DNA of 57,610 bases, filler included, from Deltaproteobacteria bacterium (lineage in GTDB: Bacteria > JAEEML01): NCBI GenBank assembly GCA_016283195.1. It is 3 parts of 3 records of this genome, joined end to end, with 100 filler letters (N's around TTAATTAATTAA, not from the genome) between each part and the next. Parts side by side here need not be neighbours in the genome. Positions count along the whole stretch, not along the records: positions 1 to 19,226 come from JAEEML010000137.1; 2 more parts are not named here. One strand, written 5' to 3'. Below are positions 1-8,453 of the stretch, piece by piece. The notes under the pieces are model-generated. The model searched no databases and had not been told where the DNA came from. It was given only the letters and a program-made list of their open reading frames with translations. A program made the position numbers and the translations under genes. Position 1 is the first letter of the stretch, and each line of letters begins with the position of its first letter.

Positions 1-806
1 CAGTACTTGGCGCCCGCTATGACCACCAAAAAGTCAAAATGACCGACTTTGAAGAAGCCAAAGACAAGGTGCTCATGGGCTCAGAACGCAAGAGCATGAT
101 TATCTCCGAAAAGGAGAAGATTAATACCGCTTATCACGAATCCGGCCATGCTATTGTGGCCAAACTTTTGCCCAATGCCGACCCAGTGCACAAGGTAACC
201 ATTATCCCGCGCGGGGCGGCTCTGGGCCTTACGCAGCAGCTGCCAACAGAAGATCGCTATAGCTATTCCGGCGACTATGCCCGCGATCAGCTGGTTATTC
301 TCCTGGGCGGCCGCGTGGCCGAAGAGCTGGTTTTAGGCGAGCAGACTACCGGAGCCGGCAACGATCTTAAACGGGCTACCGAGCTGGCCCGCAAGATGAT
401 TTGCGAATGGGGCATGAGCAAAAAGCTGGGCCCATTAACCTATGGGCAAAAAGAGGAAAGTCTCTTTTTGGGCCGCGATATTGCCCGCACCCAGGATTTT
501 TCCGAAGATACAGCCAAAATTATCGACGAAGAAGTGCGCCAGTTAATACTTGACGCCTATAACCGCGCCAAAGATCTTTTGACCGAAAATCGCGACCTCT
601 TGCGCCGTTTTGCCGAAGCTCTTTTAGAGTACGAAACCATCGATAGCGATGATATAAATACCCTAATGCAGGGCGGAAAATTAACGAGAAAACCGCCTAT
701 GCCCAAATTGCGTTCACCCGCTTCTTCAGCCGATAACGAAAAAAAGCCGCTTTTAGATTTGGGCGCTTTGCAACATCTGCCCGCCGGCCAGACTGCCGGT
801 ACCTAA
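1..806 (+). CDS. ftsH: ATP-dependent zinc metalloprotease FtsH, C-terminal part (5' truncated by window start)
   Basis: Peptidase M41 motifs AYHESGHA, VTIIPRG.ALG, GGRVAEE, GAGND; the frame is open upstream of the listed ATG at 39. Confidence 0.97.
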   Translation, partial: VLGARYDHQKVKMTDFEEAKDKVLMGSERKSMIISEKEKINTAYHESGHAIVAKLLPNADPVHKVTIIPRGAALGLTQQLPTEDRYSYSGDYARDQLVILLGGRVAEELVLGEQTTGAGNDLKRATELARKMICEWGMSKKLGPLTYGQKEESLFLGRDIARTQDFSEDTAKIIDEEVRQLILDAYNRAKDLLTENRDLLRRFAEALLEYETIDSDDINTLMQGGKLTRKPPMPKLRSPASSADNEKKPLLDLGALQHLPAGQTAGT

Positions 807-811
807 TTTAA

Positions 812-1834
812 ATGACTATAATATTACAGCTTTTTGCTTTACTTACTCTCCTTTCGTTTGTGGCCGGAGCTTTGGTACTGGGGGCTAAAAAAGCCCCAAA
901 ATATAGAACTATTGCTCTCCTTGCCGCTATTATTCTTGGCACTTTATATCTGCTGCTCCGCTGGATTTATGCCGGCCGACTGGAGCTCTCCCTGGCTATC
1001 AGCCAAAATCGCCTGGCTCCCGGTTTTTGGCCCTGGCTCAAAGTGGCTCTTAGTCACCCGCCCTTTACCAACCTTTTTGAAGTGCTTATTTCGCTTAGTT
1101 GGGCCCTCCTCATTTCGGCTCTGATTATTGAAAAACGCTATAAAATAAATCTCTTTGCTCCCTTGGCCTGTGCTGCGGCCATGCTGGCTCAGGGCGCGGC
1201 TTTTTGGGCGCTTGATAGCGCCATCGATCCTTTGGCTCCGGTGCTCAGATCCTGGTGGCTACACCTCCATGTGGCGGTTGCCGCTTTTAGTTATGCGGCA
1301 GCTATCGGGGCGGCGGTGAGCTCATTTCTGTATCTTTTAAAAGATGGTATTGCCCGCAAATGGCTCTATTTAAGCGCTATTTTGCTCAGCGCTTGCGGCG
1401 TTCTGGCCTTTGCTTTTGGCCAAAAACCTTGGAATATCATCTTTTTAATAAGTGCCCTGATAGTGAGCGCCATAATAGCTTGTGCCCTTATCTTTTATAA
1501 TAAAATAGGAAACTTAAATGTTTCTTTAACTGCTTTGCATACGCTTACCTCCCGTCTTGTCGCCCTTACTTTTATTACTCTGACGCTGGTTCTCGTTACC
1601 GGCTCCGTTTGGGCTCATTATTCCTGGGGCCGCTTTTGGAGCTGGGATCCCAAAGAAACCTGGACGCTCATTGCCTGGCTCTCCTATGCCGCTTACCTTT
1701 TTTTAAAAACGCGCCTTTCTCCCCGCCACCTCTCATATCTGGCTATGCTGGCTATTCTTATGGTTTTATTTGCCTTTTTGGGAGTTAACCTGGGCCTCTT
1801 CGGGGCCGGACTCCATGTTTACGGGCGCGGTTAG
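812..1834 (+). CDS. ccsA: Cytochrome c biogenesis protein CcsA/ResC (system II)
   Basis: WWD motif WGRFWSWDPKETW, conserved His in WLHLHV and GLHVYG, many TM helices. Confidence 0.9.
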   Translation: MTIILQLFALLTLLSFVAGALVLGAKKAPKYRTIALLAAIILGTLYLLLRWIYAGRLELSLAISQNRLAPGFWPWLKVALSHPPFTNLFEVLISLSWALLISALIIEKRYKINLFAPLACAAAMLAQGAAFWALDSAIDPLAPVLRSWWLHLHVAVAAFSYAAAIGAAVSSFLYLLKDGIARKWLYLSAILLSACGVLAFAFGQKPWNIIFLISALIVSAIIACALIFYNKIGNLNVSLTALHTLTSRLVALTFITLTLVLVTGSVWAHYSWGRFWSWDPKETWTLIAWLSYAAYLFLKTRLSPRHLSYLAMLAILMVLFAFLGVNLGLFGAGLHVYGRG

Positions 1835-2160
1835 TTGGTTTTGCGGATAATGGCTAATTTGGTTGGCTCACTGACCGTCAAATGATTGGCCAGGCGGTCA
1901 TACATTTTGCGGCCAACACCTTTGATGCGCATTAGTTCGCTGACTTTTCTAAATTCGCGCTTTTGGCGATACGCTATGATATCTTCCGCCTTTTTGGCAC
2001 CAATGCCCGGTAGTTGCATTAGCTCCAATTGACTGGCCGTATTGAGATTTATCACCCCCTGCATCACGGTATTATTAGAGGCTGCCAGAGCGTTTCCGCT
2101 ATTGATAAGCGCGCCGGCGCCTATGACTAAACCAAACAATAATGCTCTGAATTTATTCAT
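1831..2160 (-). CDS. comEA: ComEA-family helix-hairpin-helix DNA-binding protein
   Basis: Signal peptide, then INLNTAS..EL..LPGIG.KKA..II.YR and IKGVG HhH motifs; RBS AAGGAGG upstream. Confidence 0.92.
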   Translation of the reverse strand: MNKFRALLFGLVIGAGALINSGNALAASNNTVMQGVINLNTASQLELMQLPGIGAKKAEDIIAYRQKREFRKVSELMRIKGVGRKMYDRLANHLTVSEPTKLAIIRKTN

Positions 2161-2175
2161 AATATTCCTCCTTGC

Positions 2176-2415
2176 TCAGTCGATTTTTTTGCCGCTGCTA
2201 AGTTTTTCCGGGTCCAAATCGCGGATATGCAATTTAAAACTCTTGGGCGCCGCTTCCAGATAGACATTTAGCGACGCATCCTTGTTGACATAAGCGGTGC
2301 CCATGCGAATCCAAATCGGCTTGCCGTGACTGTTGCTGTCCACAATGGACCAAACACCCTTCATCTGCCCTTTGCCCTTGCTGCTGTTTTTGAATTCTTT
2401 TTTCATCTCTTCCAT
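2176..2415 (-). CDS. Small beta-rich hypothetical protein, possibly ssDNA-binding; first gene of the comEA operon
   Basis: Start reassigned to ATG 2415 because AAGGAG precedes it and the longer ORF start overlaps the sigma54 promoter; motif WIRMGTAYVNKDASLNVYLEAAP; 15 nt upstream of comEA on the same strand. Confidence 0.75.
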   Translation of the reverse strand: MEEMKKEFKNSSKGKGQMKGVWSIVDSNSHGKPIWIRMGTAYVNKDASLNVYLEAAPKSFKLHIRDLDPEKLSSGKKID

Positions 2416-2464
2416 GGCGTGCTCCTTTTTCCGCTCGCAGCGGTTATGTTCTGCCATGGATAAT

Positions 2465-2480
2465 TGCAAAAAGTGTGCCA
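2465..2480 (-). promoter_or_regulatory. sigma54 (RpoN) -24/-12 promoter
   Basis: Minus strand reads TGGCAC-ACTTT-TTGCA, a perfect TGGCAC-N5-TTGCW, 50 nt upstream of ATG 2415. Confidence 0.85.
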
Positions 2481-2546
2481 AGTGCCTTGAAAATAGACAT
2501 CTATATGAAATTATACAGTAAATGCTAAAAAGAACTGAGTTTTTCT

Positions 2547-2641
2547 AAAGTGTGCCAAAAGTGTGTCAGGTGTGTCAGAAGTGTATCAAAAGTGTGTCAG
2601 GTGTGTCAGAAGTGTATCAAAAGTGTGTCAGAAGTGTGTCA
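2547..2641. repeat. Tandem array of nine 9-11-bp GTGTGTCA-type units (candidate enhancer-binding-protein sites)
   Basis: Units aaagtgtgcca, aaagtgtgtca, ggtgtgtca, gaagtgtatca, aaagtgtgtca, ggtgtgtca, gaagtgtatca, aaagtgtgtca, gaagtgtgtca; includes an exact 31-bp duplication (2558-2588 / 2589-2619). Confidence 0.9.
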
Positions 2642-2666
2642 GGGAAGAGCAGCCGGTGGGAGATGA

Positions 2667-5600
2667 TTATTTATTTTTGGCTTCGATGGCTTTTTTGGTT
2701 TCATCGACAATGCCGGCCGCGCTCTTTTTGGTAACCGAGGCTTGGCCCTTGGCTTCCAGTTTAAAGCGCTCGGCTTTGTAATAAACATCAACAGCGTTGT
2801 TGTTTTCGCCGATTAAATTCAGGAAAGTGGCCATATTGATAAACATTTCATGTTCGTGCATCCGGCTTAATACCACGGCTGTAGGGCTGTGCTTGCGCCC
2901 GAATTTAGAGACGCCGTTAACCAGTTCTTTCATGGCTTCGGCGCTGTCGTTGCCACCTTTTTTAGCCCACTTGGCTTGGATTTTATCCATCTCGCGCATG
3001 AAGTTATTGGCATCGCTGATAAGGCCGATATCTTCAGCGATATCCCGGCCATCGGTTACAGCGGCATAATTTCTGGCATGCATGCGTTTAAAGGCGTCAT
3101 CATCGGAGTTTTCGTATTTAAGAATTGAGTAACTGGCCAAAAAGATCATGCAATCATCAGAACCGCTGCTGGGGCTTATTTTGTTGTATTCTTTAAGAAT
3201 TGCCTTGCGATCTTTTTCGGAGCGAGTTTCCCAGTACTTGGCTAAAAGTTTATAGCCCTTGGTAAGAGTGCCGATGGATACTTTGCTATCAGGATAGAGG
3301 TGTTTAAACTCTTTCTCGATCTTCTCTTTGGTGCTCTTAAGGAAAGCGCTGTCGTATTTTTTGGCCAGTTTTAAAGCCTGAGTATCCAGCGGCATAGCCC
3401 CGATAGCGGAGCGATTTTGCTCACCGGGAGGAATGGTCATATCTTCAAAAGCGGCCGTAGTCATTAAGAAAATTTCCCGATTTTTCATCGGTTGCCAATG
3501 CTTTAGCATTTCGGTGAAGGAGCTTAAAGAGCAGCCATATTGGATTTTGCCTTCTCCTTTGCCGTAACCGCTGATGACTTTGCTCTTGCCGTTTTCATCT
3601 CTCGTAATGGTTAAATTGAGTGATTTACAGAAGTTACGCCAATCCGCGGCTTCGTTCTTTTTGGTGGCTCTGTCTTTCATATCAAAAGAGCCTTGGAAGA
3701 AGACATCCACCAGCTCGTTTTTATCGCCGCTGGTTTTGTGCACGGCAAAGGCTTCCCAGTTAAAGGTAAAGCTCTCACCTTTGAAAATGGCATCTTTACC
3801 TTTTTTGGTATAATCTTTGCCATAAGAAGTGCAGGTGAGCAGCTCGCCGGTATCCAGGCGAATTTCAAAGTCGCTGTTGGTTTCTTTGAGCTCACTTTGC
3901 GATAAAAGCTCCAAAACAGAGAGTTTTAAATCGCCTTTTTTGATGGTTATAACGGAATTATCCACCTGTTTGGCTTTTAGCAAGTTAGCCTTCATGGCTG
4001 CTTCCGGTTTATAGAAGCGCACCAAACTGTTGAAGGCGGCCAAATGATCCGGGTTATCCATATTAAAGGGGCCGAAAGTAGCTTTTTCTTTATGCTCTTT
4101 GGCCACGCCGGCTTTGGCGCTAAAGGAGGCATTTAAGTACTCTTTAACCAATTTTTCAAGAGACTTGCAGGCCGCATCGCAGCCTTTTTTGCCGTATTTC
4201 TTGGTTAATTTACTGCCGCCTTCCAGCCAGTCGGTGATGGCGTTATATACACCAAATTCTTTTATCTCGGCACTGATGCCGACAGAAGCTTCCAGCCCCA
4301 TGGCAATAGAAGCTATATCTTCTTGCCAAAAGACTACTTCCGGGCCATTGGCGGTGATAGTAACTGTAGTGCCAAGTACTTTATTTTTTGAAGGATTAAT
4401 GGTGAAACCGGCTTTTAAGCTGGCGGTTAAGCCATCCATCAGCTTAACATCTTTGCCCACATTGGCTTCGCCTTTAATGGAAACGGCACCGGTACCGATA
4501 TGCGTCATGGTGGTGCCGACCGGCAGCTCTTTCCAAACGCTGTCATCGGTGATAGCGAGGCGCAGGGAGAGGGCGGTGGCATCGCCTATGGGGAGGGCGC
4601 CGTCGCCATCGGGAATGGAGATATCCACTTTTCTGGTGCCCAAAACATTCATACCGGCCGAAAGAGCGCCGATATTGCCGATATCCAGTTGGGCCAGCGG
4701 GAAGTCTTTATTGAGGCTAAAGAGGGAGCTAAAGTTATATTTGCCGTCTTTATGCTCGCGCCCGAGGTTAAAAGCCGCACCAAGCGGGGATTCAGTGGCA
4801 TCTACGCCCATCTGGACATTGGATTCGTTCTTCTTGATGAGCTTTTCTTTTTCTGGATTGCGCACATTTAAGGCGGCTATTGCTTCTAAAGCTTTTTCCG
4901 GAGCGCTGTTGTCGTTTATTTGCGCGAGACATTTATCGAGCGCCTTTTGGTGCTCCGGCTTAGAAGGATCAAGCTCATATACATAAATAGTGGTGGTGCT
5001 GTTTTTGAAATCGGCATTAAAGTTTATATCAACAGTTTCAATAACATCGGGGAATTTTACGCCGCTGGCGTTATCTGTTAAGCGGGTTTTGGTAACAGTG
5101 AGCGAGATGGTGCCGTTGTCATTATGTTTAAATTCCAGCTTATGCTCATTGTCCCAGCTGCCTTTAACCGAACCGCTGACAGCATTGTAAGCGCCGCTGC
5201 CGCCGACAGTGTGAACTTTTTTGCTGGTGACTCCGGCCAAATAGCCGGCATCGAGTGCCGGTTTCATGTTGCCCTGGCCGGCAGCGAGGAAGAGCTTGGC
5301 TTGCTTGGGATCGCTAAGATCAAACGGGCCGAAGGAGGTGGATACGGCTTTGTTGCGGCCGGTACTGGCGCTTATAGCCCGGTTTTTGAGACTCTTTTCA
5401 TCTACAATTTCTTTTAATTCTTTGGAAAGTTCGGCGTATTTTTTGTCGCCGAATTTCTTTTTCAGAGCTTTGCCGTCGTTTTGCAGATAATCGGCTACGG
5501 CATCGTAAATACCAAAGGAGGCAATATCTTCGGAGACCTTTAAATCGCTCGCTCTGGTGTGTTTAAAGGAGGCAGCTATATCTTCTTTGCGCTCCTGAAT

Positions 5601-8363
5601 AAGCGTTACAATAGGCCCTTTATCTGTTTGTTCGATATGCACAGTAGAGAGGTAATTGCCACTGGGATCGATAGTCCAAAGAGCTGCTTTTGTTGATTTT
5701 TCGGTAACTTTTTCCGCCGAATCTTTGTGGTTATTGGCGAGAGAAATACCGTGAGTAATATCGGTTGTTGTGCCCTTTGGAGCTGCCTTCCAGGCTTCCA
5801 ATTCCAAATTTGCCAGCTCATTGCTCAAAGTAACAACCCGGGTATTTTTTAATTCGGCACCGGGATCGGGCAGTTTTACTTTGGTAGAGACACTGTGGCC
5901 GGCTGTTAATTTGTCTTTGTCGCCTTCTTCGCCGCCTAAAGTGCCGGTGAGCTTTCTAAGGCCGCTCACAGTGTGCACATCATCTTTAAATTCATGGGCC
6001 AGTTGTAAATCGAGACCCAAGGGGCCTTCAGCCAGATTTACATCTATTTGGCCGGTAATAACCCGGTTTTTGGTTATTGTTTCCGCATCGGGATCGCGGA
6101 CTCCGAGGGCATCTATAGCGGAGAAATCAAGTTCAAAATCGCTGCTGTCGCCATAGCGATTGGCGATAGCCTTTTCCCAGGCCAGGCGGTGGGCCTCTTT
6201 GCTGAGGTCCATTTTGTAAATATTTACTTTGGTTACCCGGCCAGTGGTGCCGCCTTTAACTGCCAAATCTGAATTATCCAGATATTCACCGACAACATCA
6301 TTGCTTCTGGCGCCGGCAGATAATTCCTTAATAGTAGTATCGGTGACCGTGATGGTGAGTTTATCGCCGTCGCGATCCACTTTTACGGTGCGCTTGGTAT
6401 CTTTGCTTCTGGCAATATGGCTTTCGTGATTATCTATATCCAGCGAATGGGTGCGGCCTTTCTTGAGCCCGCCTGTTACCTCCTCCATGAGGCCGAGTTC
6501 CAAAGCCGGAGCCAGATTGAGATCGCCGGTCAGGCGATTAAAAGCATCTTTTTGTTTGGTATCGGCCAGAGCAAAGGGGCCAAAGGTGATTTCGTGCAAG
6601 CCTTCCAGTTCGCGGCCGGCAGAGAGGCGGATATTATAAGCCAGTTGCTCGCCGATAATAGTATCCAGTTCGGCTTTGATTTCGTCAAACTTGCCAGGAT
6701 ATTTGGCTTTTAGAGCTTTGCAATCGTCTTGCAAGTAATCTTCGATAGCTTCATAAAGGCCAAACTCTTTGACCTCGGTGGAAATATTATCGCTTGAAAT
6801 ATTGGTGGCTTTTATCTGGGCTAAAAGGGCCAATTTGTCCTGCTGGATAATTTTTACTTTCGGGCCGTCGGCTGTTTGCGTGACTTCAACGGTAATGGCC
6901 TGAGAGCCGCTGGGATCCAGTTGCCAAGCGCTGCTACCGGTGGTGGTAAGGCCGGCATCGCCGCCATAAGTAAGGGCGAGAGAAGCAGAGACCAAAGAGG
7001 TGAGCTTGGTGCCCTCCGGGGCAGTGCGCCAGGCTTCGGGTTTTAAGCGCGATAAATTAAAAGCCTGAGCCGAAGCTTGTTTTGGGGAAAGTTTGGCTTC
7101 TTTATCCGGCAAAACGAGAACATTGCTACGGGTGGCAGCCAGTTCTTTAAGGGAACTTTCGCCGTTGGCGGTTTTTAAATTAAGCAAACTGGAAATAGTG
7201 TATTTGCCGTCGTCATAAGTGCGGGAAATTTGCAGACCGCCGGCATTGGTACCGTATTCTGCCGAAATATCGAGCTTATCGGAAAATTTTCTCTTTTTGA
7301 TATCGCTGGCTTTGGCTTCATCGGCGCAGCCCAGATTTTTGAGCTCTTTGGTGCTGATACCGGGAATGAGCTTGTGCTTGCCGCCGGTCCAGGGCAGGGC
7401 TTTTTGCATAGCGGCCAGTTGTTTATCATCGTCTAAATTAACATTAAATACTTCGACTGTGGTGCGATCGAGAGATGAATCGCGCTTATAGGTGCCGGCA
7501 ATATTTTCCAAAAGTTCGCCGGTTTTTAAGTCGAGAGCGTGCTTATCTATACGTTGCTTTATAATAGTGAGCTGCACCTGACCGTCTTTGCCCCGCTCCA
7601 TGGTAACGGTGACTTTGGTGCGGCGATCTATTTCAGCGCTCTGATCTTCGGCCGAAAGAGCAATACCGCCGGCTAAAGTAAATGAGGCGGTAACCGCGGC
7701 ACCAAGAGGCAGTTCTTTGGCTCCTTTGGCGGTATAGGGGAGGTCTAAAGTAGTGGATTTTATGCGATCCCAAGTAGTTAAAAGCACCTGCTTGGTGGGC
7801 GTCTTTTTGGGATCTATGGCCATGGGCATTTGTACATCAATACCAATGCCGCCGATAATTTCACCGGATTTAATATAATCAACCGGAGTGGTGGCTGAGG
7901 CTTTCAGCTCCAGATTGATTTTGGAAGTGATGAGCATCGAGCCTTCGTGGGCTTCCATAAAGGCCTTTTGGTTGGCTGTAAGCCCCTTATCGAGGACTTC
8001 GAGATCCACATCGCCTTTTAAATCGAGCTTGTATTTTTCGGCTTCATCCAGCTTGAAAGTATTTTCAAAATCGGTCTTTATCTCGGTTTTGGTAAGGGGA
8101 AGAAGTTCTTTCATCCCCTTGTCCCACAAAGAAGCTATGGCGCTTTTCTTTTTTGGTTTGGCTGCTTTATCGGGTAGAGCTTTATCATCCGGGGTAGCTA
8201 CGGTTTTAGTTTCTCCGGCCGGAGCTGTTTCATACGCATCGCCGGCAGGCTTGGCAGCAGCTTTTGGAGCAGCTTTAGCGGCAGGCGCGGCTGCCGGTTT
8301 ATCATCGGTTTTAATTTCAGGATTATAGCCAATATTTCCCGCTGTACGAACTCCACTAACCAT
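2667..8363 (-). CDS. Giant (~1898 aa) hypothetical protein with three ~417-aa internal repeats; candidate secreted effector
   Basis: Long ORF; ATG 8363 has RBS AAAGGGAG; Ala/Pro/Lys-rich disordered N-terminus and no Sec signal; repeated motifs (E/S)FG(L/I/V)Y.A(I/V).D(Y/W)L and (T/S)FGPF about 1250 nt apart. Confidence 0.9.
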   Translation of the reverse strand: MVSGVRTAGNIGYNPEIKTDDKPAAAPAAKAAPKAAAKPAGDAYETAPAGETKTVATPDDKALPDKAAKPKKKSAIASLWDKGMKELLPLTKTEIKTDFENTFKLDEAEKYKLDLKGDVDLEVLDKGLTANQKAFMEAHEGSMLITSKINLELKASATTPVDYIKSGEIIGGIGIDVQMPMAIDPKKTPTKQVLLTTWDRIKSTTLDLPYTAKGAKELPLGAAVTASFTLAGGIALSAEDQSAEIDRRTKVTVTMERGKDGQVQLTIIKQRIDKHALDLKTGELLENIAGTYKRDSSLDRTTVEVFNVNLDDDKQLAAMQKALPWTGGKHKLIPGISTKELKNLGCADEAKASDIKKRKFSDKLDISAEYGTNAGGLQISRTYDDGKYTISSLLNLKTANGESSLKELAATRSNVLVLPDKEAKLSPKQASAQAFNLSRLKPEAWRTAPEGTKLTSLVSASLALTYGGDAGLTTTGSSAWQLDPSGSQAITVEVTQTADGPKVKIIQQDKLALLAQIKATNISSDNISTEVKEFGLYEAIEDYLQDDCKALKAKYPGKFDEIKAELDTIIGEQLAYNIRLSAGRELEGLHEITFGPFALADTKQKDAFNRLTGDLNLAPALELGLMEEVTGGLKKGRTHSLDIDNHESHIARSKDTKRTVKVDRDGDKLTITVTDTTIKELSAGARSNDVVGEYLDNSDLAVKGGTTGRVTKVNIYKMDLSKEAHRLAWEKAIANRYGDSSDFELDFSAIDALGVRDPDAETITKNRVITGQIDVNLAEGPLGLDLQLAHEFKDDVHTVSGLRKLTGTLGGEEGDKDKLTAGHSVSTKVKLPDPGAELKNTRVVTLSNELANLELEAWKAAPKGTTTDITHGISLANNHKDSAEKVTEKSTKAALWTIDPSGNYLSTVHIEQTDKGPIVTLIQERKEDIAASFKHTRASDLKVSEDIASFGIYDAVADYLQNDGKALKKKFGDKKYAELSKELKEIVDEKSLKNRAISASTGRNKAVSTSFGPFDLSDPKQAKLFLAAGQGNMKPALDAGYLAGVTSKKVHTVGGSGAYNAVSGSVKGSWDNEHKLEFKHNDNGTISLTVTKTRLTDNASGVKFPDVIETVDINFNADFKNSTTTIYVYELDPSKPEHQKALDKCLAQINDNSAPEKALEAIAALNVRNPEKEKLIKKNESNVQMGVDATESPLGAAFNLGREHKDGKYNFSSLFSLNKDFPLAQLDIGNIGALSAGMNVLGTRKVDISIPDGDGALPIGDATALSLRLAITDDSVWKELPVGTTMTHIGTGAVSIKGEANVGKDVKLMDGLTASLKAGFTINPSKNKVLGTTVTITANGPEVVFWQEDIASIAMGLEASVGISAEIKEFGVYNAITDWLEGGSKLTKKYGKKGCDAACKSLEKLVKEYLNASFSAKAGVAKEHKEKATFGPFNMDNPDHLAAFNSLVRFYKPEAAMKANLLKAKQVDNSVITIKKGDLKLSVLELLSQSELKETNSDFEIRLDTGELLTCTSYGKDYTKKGKDAIFKGESFTFNWEAFAVHKTSGDKNELVDVFFQGSFDMKDRATKKNEAADWRNFCKSLNLTITRDENGKSKVISGYGKGEGKIQYGCSLSSFTEMLKHWQPMKNREIFLMTTAAFEDMTIPPGEQNRSAIGAMPLDTQALKLAKKYDSAFLKSTKEKIEKEFKHLYPDSKVSIGTLTKGYKLLAKYWETRSEKDRKAILKEYNKISPSSGSDDCMIFLASYSILKYENSDDDAFKRMHARNYAAVTDGRDIAEDIGLISDANNFMREMDKIQAKWAKKGGNDSAEAMKELVNGVSKFGRKHSPTAVVLSRMHEHEMFINMATFLNLIGENNNAVDVYYKAERFKLEAKGQASVTKKSAAGIVDETKKAIEAKNK

Positions 8364-8398
8364 AGCATCTCCCTTTGGGCACAAAAAGGCCGAGGCTG

Positions 8399-8425
8399 TT
8401 ATCGGCTCTTTGCGTAAAAGGTTTA
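8399..8425 (-). promoter_or_regulatory. sigma28 (FliA/WhiG-family) promoter
   Basis: Minus strand TAAA (8425-8422), 15-nt spacer, GCCGATAA (8406-8399): exact sigma28 consensus, 36 nt upstream of ATG 8363. Confidence 0.85.
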
Positions 8426-8453
8426 CTTTTTTTTGCGGCTTTTGGCCAGTTTT

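Noticed and set aside
2416-2481. Longer N-terminus for the small ORF (TTG at 2481)
   Set aside because: It overlaps the sigma54 promoter; the RBS supports ATG 2415.
2547-2641. Repeat array as a CRISPR array or as short CDSs (ORFs 2552-2734, 2563-2781)
   Set aside because: Units are 9-11 bp with no unique spacers and no cas genes; the ORFs are just translations of the repeat and overlap the large gene antisense.
4099-4986. 295-aa plus-strand ORF and the many other antisense ORFs inside long genes
   Set aside because: Shadow ORFs opposite well-supported genes, with no recognisable motifs.
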